A stretch of 63,022 nt of DNA. It comes from a virus. Its lineage: Duplodnaviria; Caudoviricetes. The position numbers were made by a program, and so were the translations under genes. Location of the stretch: the IMG/VR virus record IMGVR_UViG_3300037504_000243, positions 1-63,022 of that record. The stretch is one strand, 5' to 3'. Under the pieces are notes generated by a model. That model ran no database searches and had not been told where the DNA came from. It was given only the letters and a program-made list of their open reading frames with translations. Positions 1 through 9,519 of this stretch are shown in pieces. The first letter of the stretch is position 1. Each line of letters begins with the position of its first letter.

Positions 1-127
1 ATACTGATACTGATACTGATACTGATACTGATACTGATACTGATACTGATACTGATACTGATACTGATACTGATACTGATACTGATACTGATACTGATAC
101 TGATACTGATACTGATACTGATACTGA
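1..127 (+). repeat. (ATACTG)n hexamer microsatellite, left contig end
   Basis: 21 perfect ATACTG units plus A; the same repeat ends the window. Confidence 0.98.
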
Positions 128-149
128 GGGTGGCAGTAACAATGGCTAG
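1..149 (+). CDS. terS: 3' end of terminase small subunit (poly-DT tail), continuing across the contig join
   Basis: GAT ACT repeats read DTDT...EGGSNNG* (TAG 147-149), overlapping the TerL ATG at 142. Confidence 0.7.
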   Translation, partial: TDTDTDTDTDTDTDTDTDTDTDTDTDTDTDTDTDTDTDTDTEGGSNNG

Positions 150-1458
150 TACCACTCTTATCCCAACCTCCTCATACCCTTTCCGCCTCAAGCACTACAT
201 CCACCCATATCAACGGCGGTTCATTGCCGACCAATCAAGGTTTCGTATATGGGTTGCCGCCCGTCAAGTCGGCAAGACCACTACCGTTGCCCTCGACGCT
301 ACCGAGGCTTGCTTGACTAAATCCAACAACTCAGTGATACTAGTATCCGCCTCCCAACCCCAGTCAAACGAACTGATAGACCGAGTGAAATTCTGGGTGC
401 GGGTCATGGAGGCGGCACTTGGCCAGGACCTCACCGTCCGAGAGAACATGAGCGAGGTAGTATTCCTGAACGGTAACCGGATCAAGGCCCTACCTGCCAA
501 CCCTAGAACCATCCGTGGTTACACTGCCAATGTAGTACTAGATGAGTTTGCCCAGCTCCATGGTCGGTTATCTCGCAAAATATGGGCGGCGGCTAGCTAC
601 ATCGCATCCAAGGGCGGTTACCGTATCACAATCACTTCCACCCCTCTAGGTAAATCAAACATCTTCTACGACATGTGGTTGAAAGATACTTGGTCAAAAC
701 ACCATACCGATATATACCAAGCAGTGGCAGAGGGACACGACGTAGACATTGACTCTCTCAAATCCATCAACCCCGATCCGCTCATCTGGTCTCAAGAGTT
801 TGAATGTCAATTCATTGACGAGGCCCATGCCCTCCTACCATACGACCTTATCACTAGCGCTGTTGACAACGACGCTGGCAACCCTCAACTATCAACAGGC
901 GGTGAGTACTACGTTGGAGTTGATGTCGGTCGACGCCATGACCTAACAGTAATCTGGGTATTAGAATCTCTCTCTCGTGGAGGCGTTCTAGCAACCCGCT
1001 CTATTACCACTCTCCGTGACACTCCCTTTCCGCAACAGCGCAAAGTGCTAGAATCAACCATCAGACGTTTCGACCCTGTTCGAGTGTGCATTGACCAGAC
1101 AGGGTTAGGTGAGGGACTAGTCGACGACATGGTTCAACTATTCGGTAGCACTATCGAAGGTGTCACCTTTACCAACAAGTCTAAGTCTAGCATGGCCATG
1201 GGGTTACGTCGTGTGTTCGATGAGAAGCGGATCACTATACCTAATGACCGAGATGTATTCACAGACTTGCACTCTATAGCCAAGACCACTACCTCAGCCG
1301 GTAACATCCGGTTTGACGCTGAGCGAAACGAGGACGGCCACGCTGACAGATTCTGGGCGCTGGCTCTCAGTGTTCATGCTACTGACAATGCCGCACCCAA
1401 CCCAGTAGTTGACACCGCCCAACCTCGGTCTATGTATAGAGAGCTGGCAGGGTACTAG
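130..1458 (+). CDS. terL: Terminase large subunit, Mu gp28-like (probable start ATG 142)
   Basis: Walker A RQVGKTT, PANPRTIRGY, Walker B VVLDEFA, STPLG, nuclease GVDVGRRHD and HADRFWALAL; GAGGG SD at 126-130. Confidence 0.93.
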   Translation: MAVTMASTTLIPTSSYPFRLKHYIHPYQRRFIADQSRFRIWVAARQVGKTTTVALDATEACLTKSNNSVILVSASQPQSNELIDRVKFWVRVMEAALGQDLTVRENMSEVVFLNGNRIKALPANPRTIRGYTANVVLDEFAQLHGRLSRKIWAAASYIASKGGYRITITSTPLGKSNIFYDMWLKDTWSKHHTDIYQAVAEGHDVDIDSLKSINPDPLIWSQEFECQFIDEAHALLPYDLITSAVDNDAGNPQLSTGGEYYVGVDVGRRHDLTVIWVLESLSRGGVLATRSITTLRDTPFPQQRKVLESTIRRFDPVRVCIDQTGLGEGLVDDMVQLFGSTIEGVTFTNKSKSSMAMGLRRVFDEKRITIPNDRDVFTDLHSIAKTTTSAGNIRFDAERNEDGHADRFWALALSVHATDNAAPNPVVDTAQPRSMYRELAGY

Positions 1459-1530
1459 AGCTATAGCAACGATAACGATAACGACACCAATACCAATACC
1501 AATAACAATAACGATAACGACGAGGGTTGC
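1459..1530 (+). repeat. Period-6 low-complexity spacer (AACGAT/ACCAAT/AACAAT units)
   Basis: Tandem hexamers between the TerL stop and the portal start. Confidence 0.8.
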
Positions 1531-3132
1531 ATGGCCAAGAAAAAACAAACTGAACCAGACATAGTCACCACCCCAGATAACGAGTTTGACATCACGGTCC
1601 ACGACAGCGCCGACACCTCCTCCTTGTCCCGCCCTGACTTATACGAGATGGATGGAGTGTTGGCCCAGTTCTCTGTGTCATTGAACAGAGCTGTTAGTCA
1701 AAGTGGTGGTGACGGGGTTGACCGCCCTGTATTACAAGAGATTGCTACTTACGACACCTCGCAAGACTACTATGACAACAACATTCTCCTGCCCGACCCC
1801 GACCAGGTCTGCAGCAAAGCTGGGTATGTTACCTATGACTGGATGACGGTGCTGCGGTTCCTCCTGACCGACCCCCATGTTTGGGCTTGCTATCAATCCC
1901 GCAAAGCCGCGACGTTAGGGCGTGAGTGGGAGATAGTCGAAGGCAGGTACGGGACTAAGCCTGACCAGTTCAAACTGATCAAATCCTGGTTCGAGTCTCT
2001 CGATGTCCGACAGGTAATCTCTGACATATTAGACGCGCCGTTCTTTGGTCACTCCCCTCTCGAAGTCATCTGGGCAGTCGACGATCTGTACTGGTGGCCA
2101 GAGTCAATCGTAGGTCGTCCGCCTGAGTGGTTCGCCTATGACTATCAAGGCAACCTCCGATACCTCTCTCGCGCCGCACTGATTAACGGGGAACTACTGC
2201 CACCTAAGAAATTCCTACTAGCTCGTCACCACGCCAACTACTACAACCCTTTTGGCGAACGACTACTCTCCCGCTGCTTCTGGCCTATCACATTCAAACG
2301 AGCGAGCCTCAAGTTCTGGGCCATATTTATCGAGAAATACGGTATGCCCTGGGCGGTGGGGAAGGTCAGTCGGGGGACACCACAGAAGGAACGAGAGGCG
2401 TTACTGTCAGAGCTGGCCAAGATGGTCCAAGACGCGGTAGGTGTGATCAACGACGACGAGTCGGTAGAGTTCATGAACGACAAAATTGGTGGGCGAGGTG
2501 ACGTTACTCGTTCTTATGAGGGGTTGACTAAACAGGCTGACACTCAGATTTCTAAAGCCATACTCGGACAGTCCCTCACTACTGATAGTGGGCAAGACGG
2601 GTCCGGGTCGTACGCACTAGGGAAAGTTCATTCGGATGTTCGAGCCGACCTGGTCGAGAGTGACGCCCGGATAGTGGAGTATGTAATGAATACTCTACTG
2701 GCCTGGGTAACGTCTCTCAATTTCAACACCAATGCCCCGGAGTTCAGGTTCTATGAGGAGGAGGCGGTACAGCGGGACCTAGCTGAACGAGATGAGAAAC
2801 TGGTCAACACCGGTTTAAGGTTTACCAGGGAGTACTACGAGGACAAATACAACCTTGACCCTAGTTGGGTAGCCGGAGTGGTTGATCCAAAGAGCGGTGA
2901 AGGTGGCGGTCAGAGTGTCACGGTTCCGGGTGGACCTAGTACCGCGCCTTATAAACTATCACCGCCTATCGACTTGTTACCAGCACCAAACGAAAGCGGG
3001 GGTCGCGGGTCCGGTGCGGTGGCCAACCCTGAGACCAACGACGACGACAGCAACCCTGGTCAATTTGCTGAACAGGGTTTAAAAAAAAATCGTGGGTCTC
3101 GACTCAGGCGGCTCAAGTCAGTCAGATGGTAA
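1531..3132 (+). CDS. Portal protein, Mu gp29/DUF935-like
   Basis: FWAIFIEKYGMPWAVGK, ISKAILGQSLTT, GSYALGKVHSDVR motifs; follows TerL. Confidence 0.9.
   Translation: MAKKKQTEPDIVTTPDNEFDITVHDSADTSSLSRPDLYEMDGVLAQFSVSLNRAVSQSGGDGVDRPVLQEIATYDTSQDYYDNNILLPDPDQVCSKAGYVTYDWMTVLRFLLTDPHVWACYQSRKAATLGREWEIVEGRYGTKPDQFKLIKSWFESLDVRQVISDILDAPFFGHSPLEVIWAVDDLYWWPESIVGRPPEWFAYDYQGNLRYLSRAALINGELLPPKKFLLARHHANYYNPFGERLLSRCFWPITFKRASLKFWAIFIEKYGMPWAVGKVSRGTPQKEREALLSELAKMVQDAVGVINDDESVEFMNDKIGGRGDVTRSYEGLTKQADTQISKAILGQSLTTDSGQDGSGSYALGKVHSDVRADLVESDARIVEYVMNTLLAWVTSLNFNTNAPEFRFYEEEAVQRDLAERDEKLVNTGLRFTREYYEDKYNLDPSWVAGVVDPKSGEGGGQSVTVPGGPSTAPYKLSPPIDLLPAPNESGGRGSGAVANPETNDDDSNPGQFAEQGLKKNRGSRLRRLKSVRW
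3075..3090 (+). other. Candidate -1 ribosomal frameshift site GGGTTTAAAAAAAAAT (portal to MuF)
   Basis: Four overlapping X_XXY_YYZ heptamers in the portal frame; the -1 frame is open from 3072 into ORF 3126. Confidence 0.6.
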
Positions 3133-6100
3133 CTAGTATGGTCAATGCCTCACGTACTACCATGACCAATATGCTATTACCGATTACTATGTTGGCCGGT
3201 AGCGTTGACGGGTATGATGCGTTTGATGATGGTATCAATGAGCTTGACCTGTCTGGTAGTGTGATCGAGATGTCTAGGGTGTTAGTGTCCGGGTTGATCA
3301 ATACGGCCCTGGTTGGGTATGTCCAAATTGAACGAGAGAGGTTAGGTGAGGGGAAAGAGTTCGATGACTGGGCAGGGAGTGTTTGGTACTTGGAGTTTGC
3401 AGACGACGCCGATTCTGGTCCAGGTGATCCTTACGATTTTAGAGAGACGGTAGGAAAACTTAGAAAAAGGTGGAAAAAGATATTTGGCGAAGGGTCTGCC
3501 GTTATGTTCGATAAGGATTTTAAATTGACTGGTCACACAAAGGAGCTTAACCCAGATCAACCCGAGTGGGTAGCGGGACCAGTGAAATACCGAGACGACT
3601 CCGAGAACTACACTAAGGTTAAGGGTATAGTAAGTATGCTAGAAGATTTGGTTTCTAGTTACGAGGACCACGAGTTGTCTCGACCCGGTTTCCATAAACT
3701 TAGGCAGTCGTACACGTTACCCGCTAAATTGGTTTTAGAGGATGAGGGGAGGGTTGAGTATGAGGACGTCATGGCTCTATCGGACGACGACAAACCCGTA
3801 ATGCGGAAAGCTCACGGGTACTTCAACCCTCTGACCGGTAAGGTTCATATAGCTGCAGACCCAAACCAGTCACCGATTTTTGGACGTGGATACAAATCAA
3901 AATACAACCGGAACGCTAGAGGACCAGATGAAGTTTGGACGGTTGATGAATCAGTATATGGCACTCTCTCTCACGAACTTTCACACCACCTTTATCACGG
4001 GATGGGAAACGGTACTGCAAGTGTGTGGAGAAAGATAAATGAGAACTTGCCGAAGGATAAAAAAATAATCAGTGGGTACGGTGACCAGAGCGTGTACGAT
4101 GGTTTACGTAGTGAGACAGAACTCTGGGCTGAGTGCTTCGCGGCCTACCAGCACCCTGATTATAAGCCTGGTACCTTACCTCCTGCGATAGAAGAGTTTG
4201 CTGCAGAAGTGGCCCAACACGGGGGGATAATTTCAGATGAACAGATTGTACGTAGGGACCAACTTTCCTTTGCTTCGAAGTCAAGCCGTAAACATCTAGG
4301 GGGGTACATCAGTCTCCTGGACTATATTGATTCCGGGAAAACAGCCGACGACGTACCTGTACCAGATAAGGCCTACGAGCACTCTATAGCTATAGAGGAT
4401 GAAGCTGTAAGGTTAGGAAAAAAGACCCGGTTGATAGATGCAGAGGGTGAGGGTAGTAAATGGTACTATGTCCTACCTAACGACGAAATGGAAGCTATCA
4501 ACTCTACGTCACTTGAACCTTTATTAGGCGGTGACGAGGTCGACAACAGTGTTACAGGTCAGTTACGCAGGGAATACGGCAAAGCTTATATGATGGAGGT
4601 CGAGACTACTATACCTGAGATTAGCAAATTATGGGAGGAGTACCACCACGAGGAGGACGTGACAGCTATTAGCAATAAGGCTGGCTTTGACCCTTTGGAC
4701 TCTTTTGCGGAGTCGTTCAACGCTTTCACTCACCCTAATTACAAACCTGGTACTTTACCTGCCAGAATGGAAAACTTTATCGATGAAGTTTTATCATCAG
4801 ACGACCCTTACGATACCGAGCTTGTAGATAGGATTAGAGAACGGGGTGAAGGTAGGGCGGACAGGTTGAAATCTCTCCCTGAAAAATACGTCACAGTCGA
4901 AAGCGGTGATGATGAGGTTGTGGTCAGTGATAGTGGGGAGGAGGTTGTGGATGACCCGCCGGAAGTAGATAGTAAGAGTAGGGCAAGGAGGCGCGTGGAC
5001 GATGGAGAAGAGGAGGACGGTGGTACCGAGGATGAAGGTGGTACCGAGGATGGAGGCGATGGTGACGACGACACCGACGGCGGTGATGACTTCAAAGTCC
5101 AACTAGGATTCAATACCCCTTTCAAGGACGCGATGACTTGGGCCAAGGCCCGAACCACAACTATCAACCCGGGGTCTTGGAAGGAGCTTAGTGCCGACGC
5201 GTACAGTCGTGCATTCTCAGTTGCCCACGTTACTAGCCAACAAGTACTAGACGACGTTAGAGAATGGTCGGAGAAAGCTCATACCGAGGGGTTGACGTTC
5301 AAGAAATTCCAGAACGAACTGGTGCCCAAACTCAAAGAGCGAGGGTGGTGGGCCACCGCCGGTGAAAGTGCCGTAGTGGAGCTTGAGGACGGGACCCTTA
5401 GAAAACGACTCAACATGTCTAGACTCGGTATCATCTATGACACTAACATTGCCGTGGCTAACGCGGTAGGTAGGTGGCAGAACATCGAAGAGAACCAGGA
5501 CCTCTGGCCTTATGTGCAGTATGAAGGTATTGACGATGAGATGACTAGACCTACACACCGGGTTTTGTTCGGCCGGGTGTTTAGGGTTGGGTCAGAGATA
5601 TTGGATTCGATAGCGCCGCCGAATGGTTTCAGGTGTAGGTGTAGTCTGACGCAGGTTGACGACGACGAACTATTTGAGATACTTAGTGAGACAGGGTTTG
5701 AGTTGGACCAGTTACCTAGCGACGCGGCCCCGGATGAAGGGTGGAATCACAACCCTGGCAAGGCCGGGATGTTGGGCGGTTGGGAACCAGAAGAGGATGT
5801 ACCAGAGTTGCCAGGGAAGTTAAAGGATGATCTGAGTGACCTTATGGATAGTCTAGGTGATACCGATGATACTGATGTTGTTGCTAAGACAGGCGACACT
5901 GACACGGAACTATATTTAGGCGACCTGGTACCAGACCTTGATGTAGACGATCTGGACTTAGGTGACTTGGTATTCGACTCCGAGGACGGAGATGATACTG
6001 ACGCGGTCAACTTAGACGATACTGACACGGTTAGTTTAGGTGATACAGATAACGTTGATGTTGACACGGTGACAGGTAGTGAGAGTGACCAGAGCGGCCT

Positions 6101-6932
6101 CGGTGGCGATGATGACGTCATTGAAACTTCTCCCCTTGTTACACCTTTTATTCCTCACGACTGGGATGATGATTTCGTCACGTATGAAAAAACCCCGGAC
6201 CGCCCTGGTGTGACTGAGACCTATTACATTGAGACCGCCGATGGTAAATCTGGGTTATTCAAACCAAGAGGTAATAAAGGGGCCTTGCAAAAAGATGGGT
6301 TATTTGCGTCGGAACGCGAGGTCGCAACCAGCGCTATAAACGACTACCTAGGTTTTGATGTAGTACCACGTACTAGAATGGTTAAGCATCCTAAACACGG
6401 AGTAGGTTCATTTCAAGAGTGGGTCAAAGACGGTAGATTACAAGGTCAGGAGCCAACTGACAATATCAATCCTGAGGACTTTTATCAGGCGGCAATAATA
6501 GAGCAACTTATAGACAATCGGGATAGGCACAGCGGCAACTTTCTTATGACTGGTGCATACGATTCATCTAGTGGTAAGACGCGTCTACACTTGATAGATA
6601 ACGGAATGTCTTTTCTAGATCGTATGGGTTCAATACTTCCTCCACCTTACCTAGTTGAAGATGATTATAACATTGATGATGGTAAAGAGTTTGAGAAGGG
6701 TCTAGACGATGAGTACAAAAGGGATTTAATAGCCAAGGTCAAAGCTATTAAAATTGACGACTACTTGTCTGATTTAGTCGACGAGGAGGTCTATGGTCCG
6801 GACGCAGACAATGCTAAGACGAACGTGCGCGATCTGTTTGAAAAACGTAAGGAGGTACTCATCGAACGTATTGAAGCAGGAGCAGTTATTGAAGAGTCTA
6901 ACCCAGATAGGTGGTCGAGGTACACGAGATAG
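3126..6932 (+). CDS. MuF (Mu gp30/SPP1 gp7-like) head protein with zincin-like repeats and C-terminal HipA/PI3-PI4K-like kinase domain
   Basis: MuF motifs DDEMTRPTH...PPNGFRCRC and DEGWNHNPG; HELSH at 3972; kinase motifs GLFKP, EREV, GSFQEWV, DRHSGN, LIDNG. Confidence 0.82.
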   Translation: MVTSMVNASRTTMTNMLLPITMLAGSVDGYDAFDDGINELDLSGSVIEMSRVLVSGLINTALVGYVQIERERLGEGKEFDDWAGSVWYLEFADDADSGPGDPYDFRETVGKLRKRWKKIFGEGSAVMFDKDFKLTGHTKELNPDQPEWVAGPVKYRDDSENYTKVKGIVSMLEDLVSSYEDHELSRPGFHKLRQSYTLPAKLVLEDEGRVEYEDVMALSDDDKPVMRKAHGYFNPLTGKVHIAADPNQSPIFGRGYKSKYNRNARGPDEVWTVDESVYGTLSHELSHHLYHGMGNGTASVWRKINENLPKDKKIISGYGDQSVYDGLRSETELWAECFAAYQHPDYKPGTLPPAIEEFAAEVAQHGGIISDEQIVRRDQLSFASKSSRKHLGGYISLLDYIDSGKTADDVPVPDKAYEHSIAIEDEAVRLGKKTRLIDAEGEGSKWYYVLPNDEMEAINSTSLEPLLGGDEVDNSVTGQLRREYGKAYMMEVETTIPEISKLWEEYHHEEDVTAISNKAGFDPLDSFAESFNAFTHPNYKPGTLPARMENFIDEVLSSDDPYDTELVDRIRERGEGRADRLKSLPEKYVTVESGDDEVVVSDSGEEVVDDPPEVDSKSRARRRVDDGEEEDGGTEDEGGTEDGGDGDDDTDGGDDFKVQLGFNTPFKDAMTWAKARTTTINPGSWKELSADAYSRAFSVAHVTSQQVLDDVREWSEKAHTEGLTFKKFQNELVPKLKERGWWATAGESAVVELEDGTLRKRLNMSRLGIIYDTNIAVANAVGRWQNIEENQDLWPYVQYEGIDDEMTRPTHRVLFGRVFRVGSEILDSIAPPNGFRCRCSLTQVDDDELFEILSETGFELDQLPSDAAPDEGWNHNPGKAGMLGGWEPEEDVPELPGKLKDDLSDLMDSLGDTDDTDVVAKTGDTDTELYLGDLVPDLDVDDLDLGDLVFDSEDGDDTDAVNLDDTDTVSLGDTDNVDVDTVTGSESDQSGLGGDDDVIETSPLVTPFIPHDWDDDFVTYEKTPDRPGVTETYYIETADGKSGLFKPRGNKGALQKDGLFASEREVATSAINDYLGFDVVPRTRMVKHPKHGVGSFQEWVKDGRLQGQEPTDNINPEDFYQAAIIEQLIDNRDRHSGNFLMTGAYDSSSGKTRLHLIDNGMSFLDRMGSILPPPYLVEDDYNIDDGKEFEKGLDDEYKRDLIAKVKAIKIDDYLSDLVDEEVYGPDADNAKTNVRDLFEKRKEVLIERIEAGAVIEESNPDRWSRYTR

Positions 6933-6977
6933 AGGTAGATACTGTGATTATTTATCTACAAGGAGACACTAACGATT

Positions 6978-7259
6978 ATGGTTATAGAGTTTTACAGGTG
7001 GGTTGCAAGGGGTAATGAACTTCTTGGGTCGATAACGTTAAACCCGGATAGCACTTTTAGTGTGTCAGGTGAAATCATAAAGTCTATGTTCGACCAATGG
7101 TCTGAGGAGGGTTTTGTTGACCTAGACTACTTCACAGCTAACCAGGTTATTATACCAGAAGAGGACCCTCTGGAGTTTATGCAAGCTGTATTAAAGCGGT
7201 TTCCGGGTGGTATGTTTTGGGCGGTTGAAGTCGATAACGAGAACAGGAGACCGAGTTAG
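6978..7259 (+). CDS. Small acidic protein, candidate immunity protein
   Basis: AGGAG SD; directly follows the MuF-kinase gene. Confidence 0.55.
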   Translation: MVIEFYRWVARGNELLGSITLNPDSTFSVSGEIIKSMFDQWSEEGFVDLDYFTANQVIIPEEDPLEFMQAVLKRFPGGMFWAVEVDNENRRPS

Positions 7260-7465
7260 TGCTACCAGAACCTAGATGTTTCCGTAGACGTTGCCGACAC
7301 TTTGTCGGTGTCTGGCAACCAGACGGGACTGAGATGTCAGAGAGAGTTGTGTGTAAAGCGTTCCCTGAACGGATACCGGATGAGATAGCCTACGGGGACA
7401 ACCTTCACCTTGAACCGTTCAAAGGCGACAACGGTATACAGTATGAGCCGCAAGAAGGGCAGTAA
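7259..7465 (+). CDS. Small Cys/His protein (C..C.H, CKAFPERIP, H.EP..GDNGIQY), candidate immunity protein
   Basis: Motif pattern I associate with small ORFs next to MuF-metallopeptidase genes; coupled to the upstream ORF. Confidence 0.6.
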   Translation: MLPEPRCFRRRCRHFVGVWQPDGTEMSERVVCKAFPERIPDEIAYGDNLHLEPFKGDNGIQYEPQEGQ

Positions 7466-7485
7466 GGTGGTAGGTATAAGGTACA

Positions 7486-8046
7486 ATGGCTGAGCCGTTT
7501 ATTAGAGTTGACGTAGAGACTAAGGGTGTTAACAAATACCTGCGACGTATCGAGTCTCGCTTTCCTAGCCAGGTTAAAAAAGCGCTGTCAGCTATCGGGA
7601 CAATTCTAGTTAAGTCCATCAAACGCAACTTCAAAGTTGGCGGTAGGCCGGTTAAGTGGAAACCCTTATCCCCGGTCACATGGGAGATAAGACAAAAAAA
7701 GGGTTGGACCACACCTACCCCGCTTACCGCTAGAGGTGACCTCAAGAATAGTATTAATTTCAACGTCACTAAGGACACGGTTACGGTTAGTCCTAACAAA
7801 GAGTATGCGGCGGTGCAGCACTTCGGGGCTAAGAAAGGGTCGTTGTTTAAAGGTAGTGTTACAGTCGGTCCGTATACTAGAAGGGTACCGGGTGGTGGTA
7901 AGACTACAGTGCGTAAACACGAGAGGCGAATGGTTGCTCCTTGGGGTGACATACCAGCTAGGCCTTTTATGTTAGTACAACGTGAGGACTTTGTCAAGAT
8001 TCGAAGAGTGCTAGGAAAAATAGTTGAAAACTCTACCAGAAAATAG
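7486..8046 (+). CDS. Virion morphogenesis protein, Mu gpG/gp31-like
   Basis: KWKPLS, GDLKNSI, YAAVQHFG, IPARPFM motifs. Confidence 0.88.
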   Translation: MAEPFIRVDVETKGVNKYLRRIESRFPSQVKKALSAIGTILVKSIKRNFKVGGRPVKWKPLSPVTWEIRQKKGWTTPTPLTARGDLKNSINFNVTKDTVTVSPNKEYAAVQHFGAKKGSLFKGSVTVGPYTRRVPGGGKTTVRKHERRMVAPWGDIPARPFMLVQREDFVKIRRVLGKIVENSTRK

Positions 8047-8123
8047 TACTATTTGGTTGACAGTATTTGTGGTAACAGTGTTTGTAGTACCAGGTACTGA
8101 GATGTGATTAACAAGGTGACAGT

Positions 8124-9446
8124 ATGCCGTTAAAGAGATGTGAGGTTGGTGGGGTTAGAGGTTGGAAATACGGCGACCAAGGGAAGTGCTATACTGGCCC
8201 GGGTTCTAAAGATAAAGCACTCGCTCAAGCATTGGCTATAGGTGAGGGTAAACTACCTAAAGATTTTTCGGGAGGCGACGTTATGAGAAACAGTAGAAAA
8301 AAAGGTACTGTGGATTTCAAAGGGTTCGAGGATTGGGTGGAAATTTTCGCAGGAGGGAAACAGACTGACTCGTATGGTCGAGAGTGGGATGGTGACAAAC
8401 TAGTCGACCAGGCGGTGTCCACTTTTAACGCCGACGACTTTGAACCGCCCGCCGTAATCGGCCACCCCCAAGAGAATGCCCCGGCTTATGCTTGGGTTGA
8501 GGGAGTTAGGCAGAGGATGCGCGATGGTAAGAAGGTGCTAGAGGCGAAGTTCAAGCAAGTGGTACCCGAGTTCGCGCAAATGGTGGAGAAAGGATTGTTC
8601 AAGAAACGTTCAGCAAGCTTTTACCCAGACGGTAGGTTACGGCACGTCGGGTACTTAGGAGCGGCCCCGCCCGCTGTTAAGGGGCTGAAGGATATAGCGT
8701 TTGATGATGGTAACGGGGACGTAGCCAATTTTGAAGAAGAGATCAACAGGAGTAGTATTATGGATAAGGGTAAGGACAAAGACGGGATCGTCCAGGCGCT
8801 GCTTAAGATCGGGCGCAAGGACGTGGCGGATCTGGTTCGCGGCTCGCAGTTTAACGAGGAGGATAATGGTCAAACCGCTAGCAACCAGGCAGGGGTTGAT
8901 GCAGAGGCGCTGGCCGATGCTTTGATTAAAAAACTCGGACTTCAAGCACAGCACAGCTCTGACCCGGTTGGTGACCAAGGCGATGAAGGTAACGGTACCA
9001 ATGCTGGTGTTGGTACTGCTACCCCGGCATTTAACGAGAGGGAAATCAGGCAGGATGAGAGGCGCAAGGCGGAAGAACGGTTGATGGGTGAGATAGGTCA
9101 GATCAAGGCTGAGGCCAGGTCCAAAGAACTCCACGCTCTGGTCAACGACAAAATTCGAGACGGTATTATCCCGCCGGTTTTCAAAGACAGCGGGTTAGTG
9201 GAGTTCCTGGAAAGCATCGACAACCAGAACCAACCGATCGAGTTCACCGAAGGTGCCCAGGTTAAACAAGTCGACCCGGTGTCCATGTTCATCGGGTTCA
9301 TGGAAAAGGCCAGCGCAAACAAACTGTTTAGCGAGTTTGCTCAATTTGCTACGGCGGACGCGGGAAAGAACGACAAGGACGACCAGCTAGGTAAGACCAT
9401 TGCCAGCTTTTCTCCTTTGTCCAAAGACAAACAACAGAGTCACTAG
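8124..9446 (+). CDS. Prohead protease/scaffold, Mu gpI-like
   Basis: PAVIGHP, PAYAWVE, FKKRSASFY, LRHVGYLGAAPPAVKGL; charged helical C-terminal half. Confidence 0.85.
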   Translation: MPLKRCEVGGVRGWKYGDQGKCYTGPGSKDKALAQALAIGEGKLPKDFSGGDVMRNSRKKGTVDFKGFEDWVEIFAGGKQTDSYGREWDGDKLVDQAVSTFNADDFEPPAVIGHPQENAPAYAWVEGVRQRMRDGKKVLEAKFKQVVPEFAQMVEKGLFKKRSASFYPDGRLRHVGYLGAAPPAVKGLKDIAFDDGNGDVANFEEEINRSSIMDKGKDKDGIVQALLKIGRKDVADLVRGSQFNEEDNGQTASNQAGVDAEALADALIKKLGLQAQHSSDPVGDQGDEGNGTNAGVGTATPAFNEREIRQDERRKAEERLMGEIGQIKAEARSKELHALVNDKIRDGIIPPVFKDSGLVEFLESIDNQNQPIEFTEGAQVKQVDPVSMFIGFMEKASANKLFSEFAQFATADAGKNDKDDQLGKTIASFSPLSKDKQQSH

Positions 9447-9519
9447 CACTAACGTGTTAGATTGGTAACACAGTACTAACGTGTTAGATCGTTAACATGT
9501 TTGCAAAGGAGAAAACGAT

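Noticed and set aside
1-127. Terminal repeats as telomeres, true DTRs or CRISPR
   Set aside because: Pure hexamer with no spacers, in frame within terS; the 127-nt length at both ends fits an assembly break
4797-6121. Ser/Pro-rich minus-strand ORFs (and most short antisense ORFs in the track)
   Set aside because: Shadows of acidic or low-complexity sense coding, with no SD or motifs
8057-8090. Sigma70 promoter before the protease gene
   Set aside because: TTGACA is present but there is no acceptable -10 at 16-18 nt
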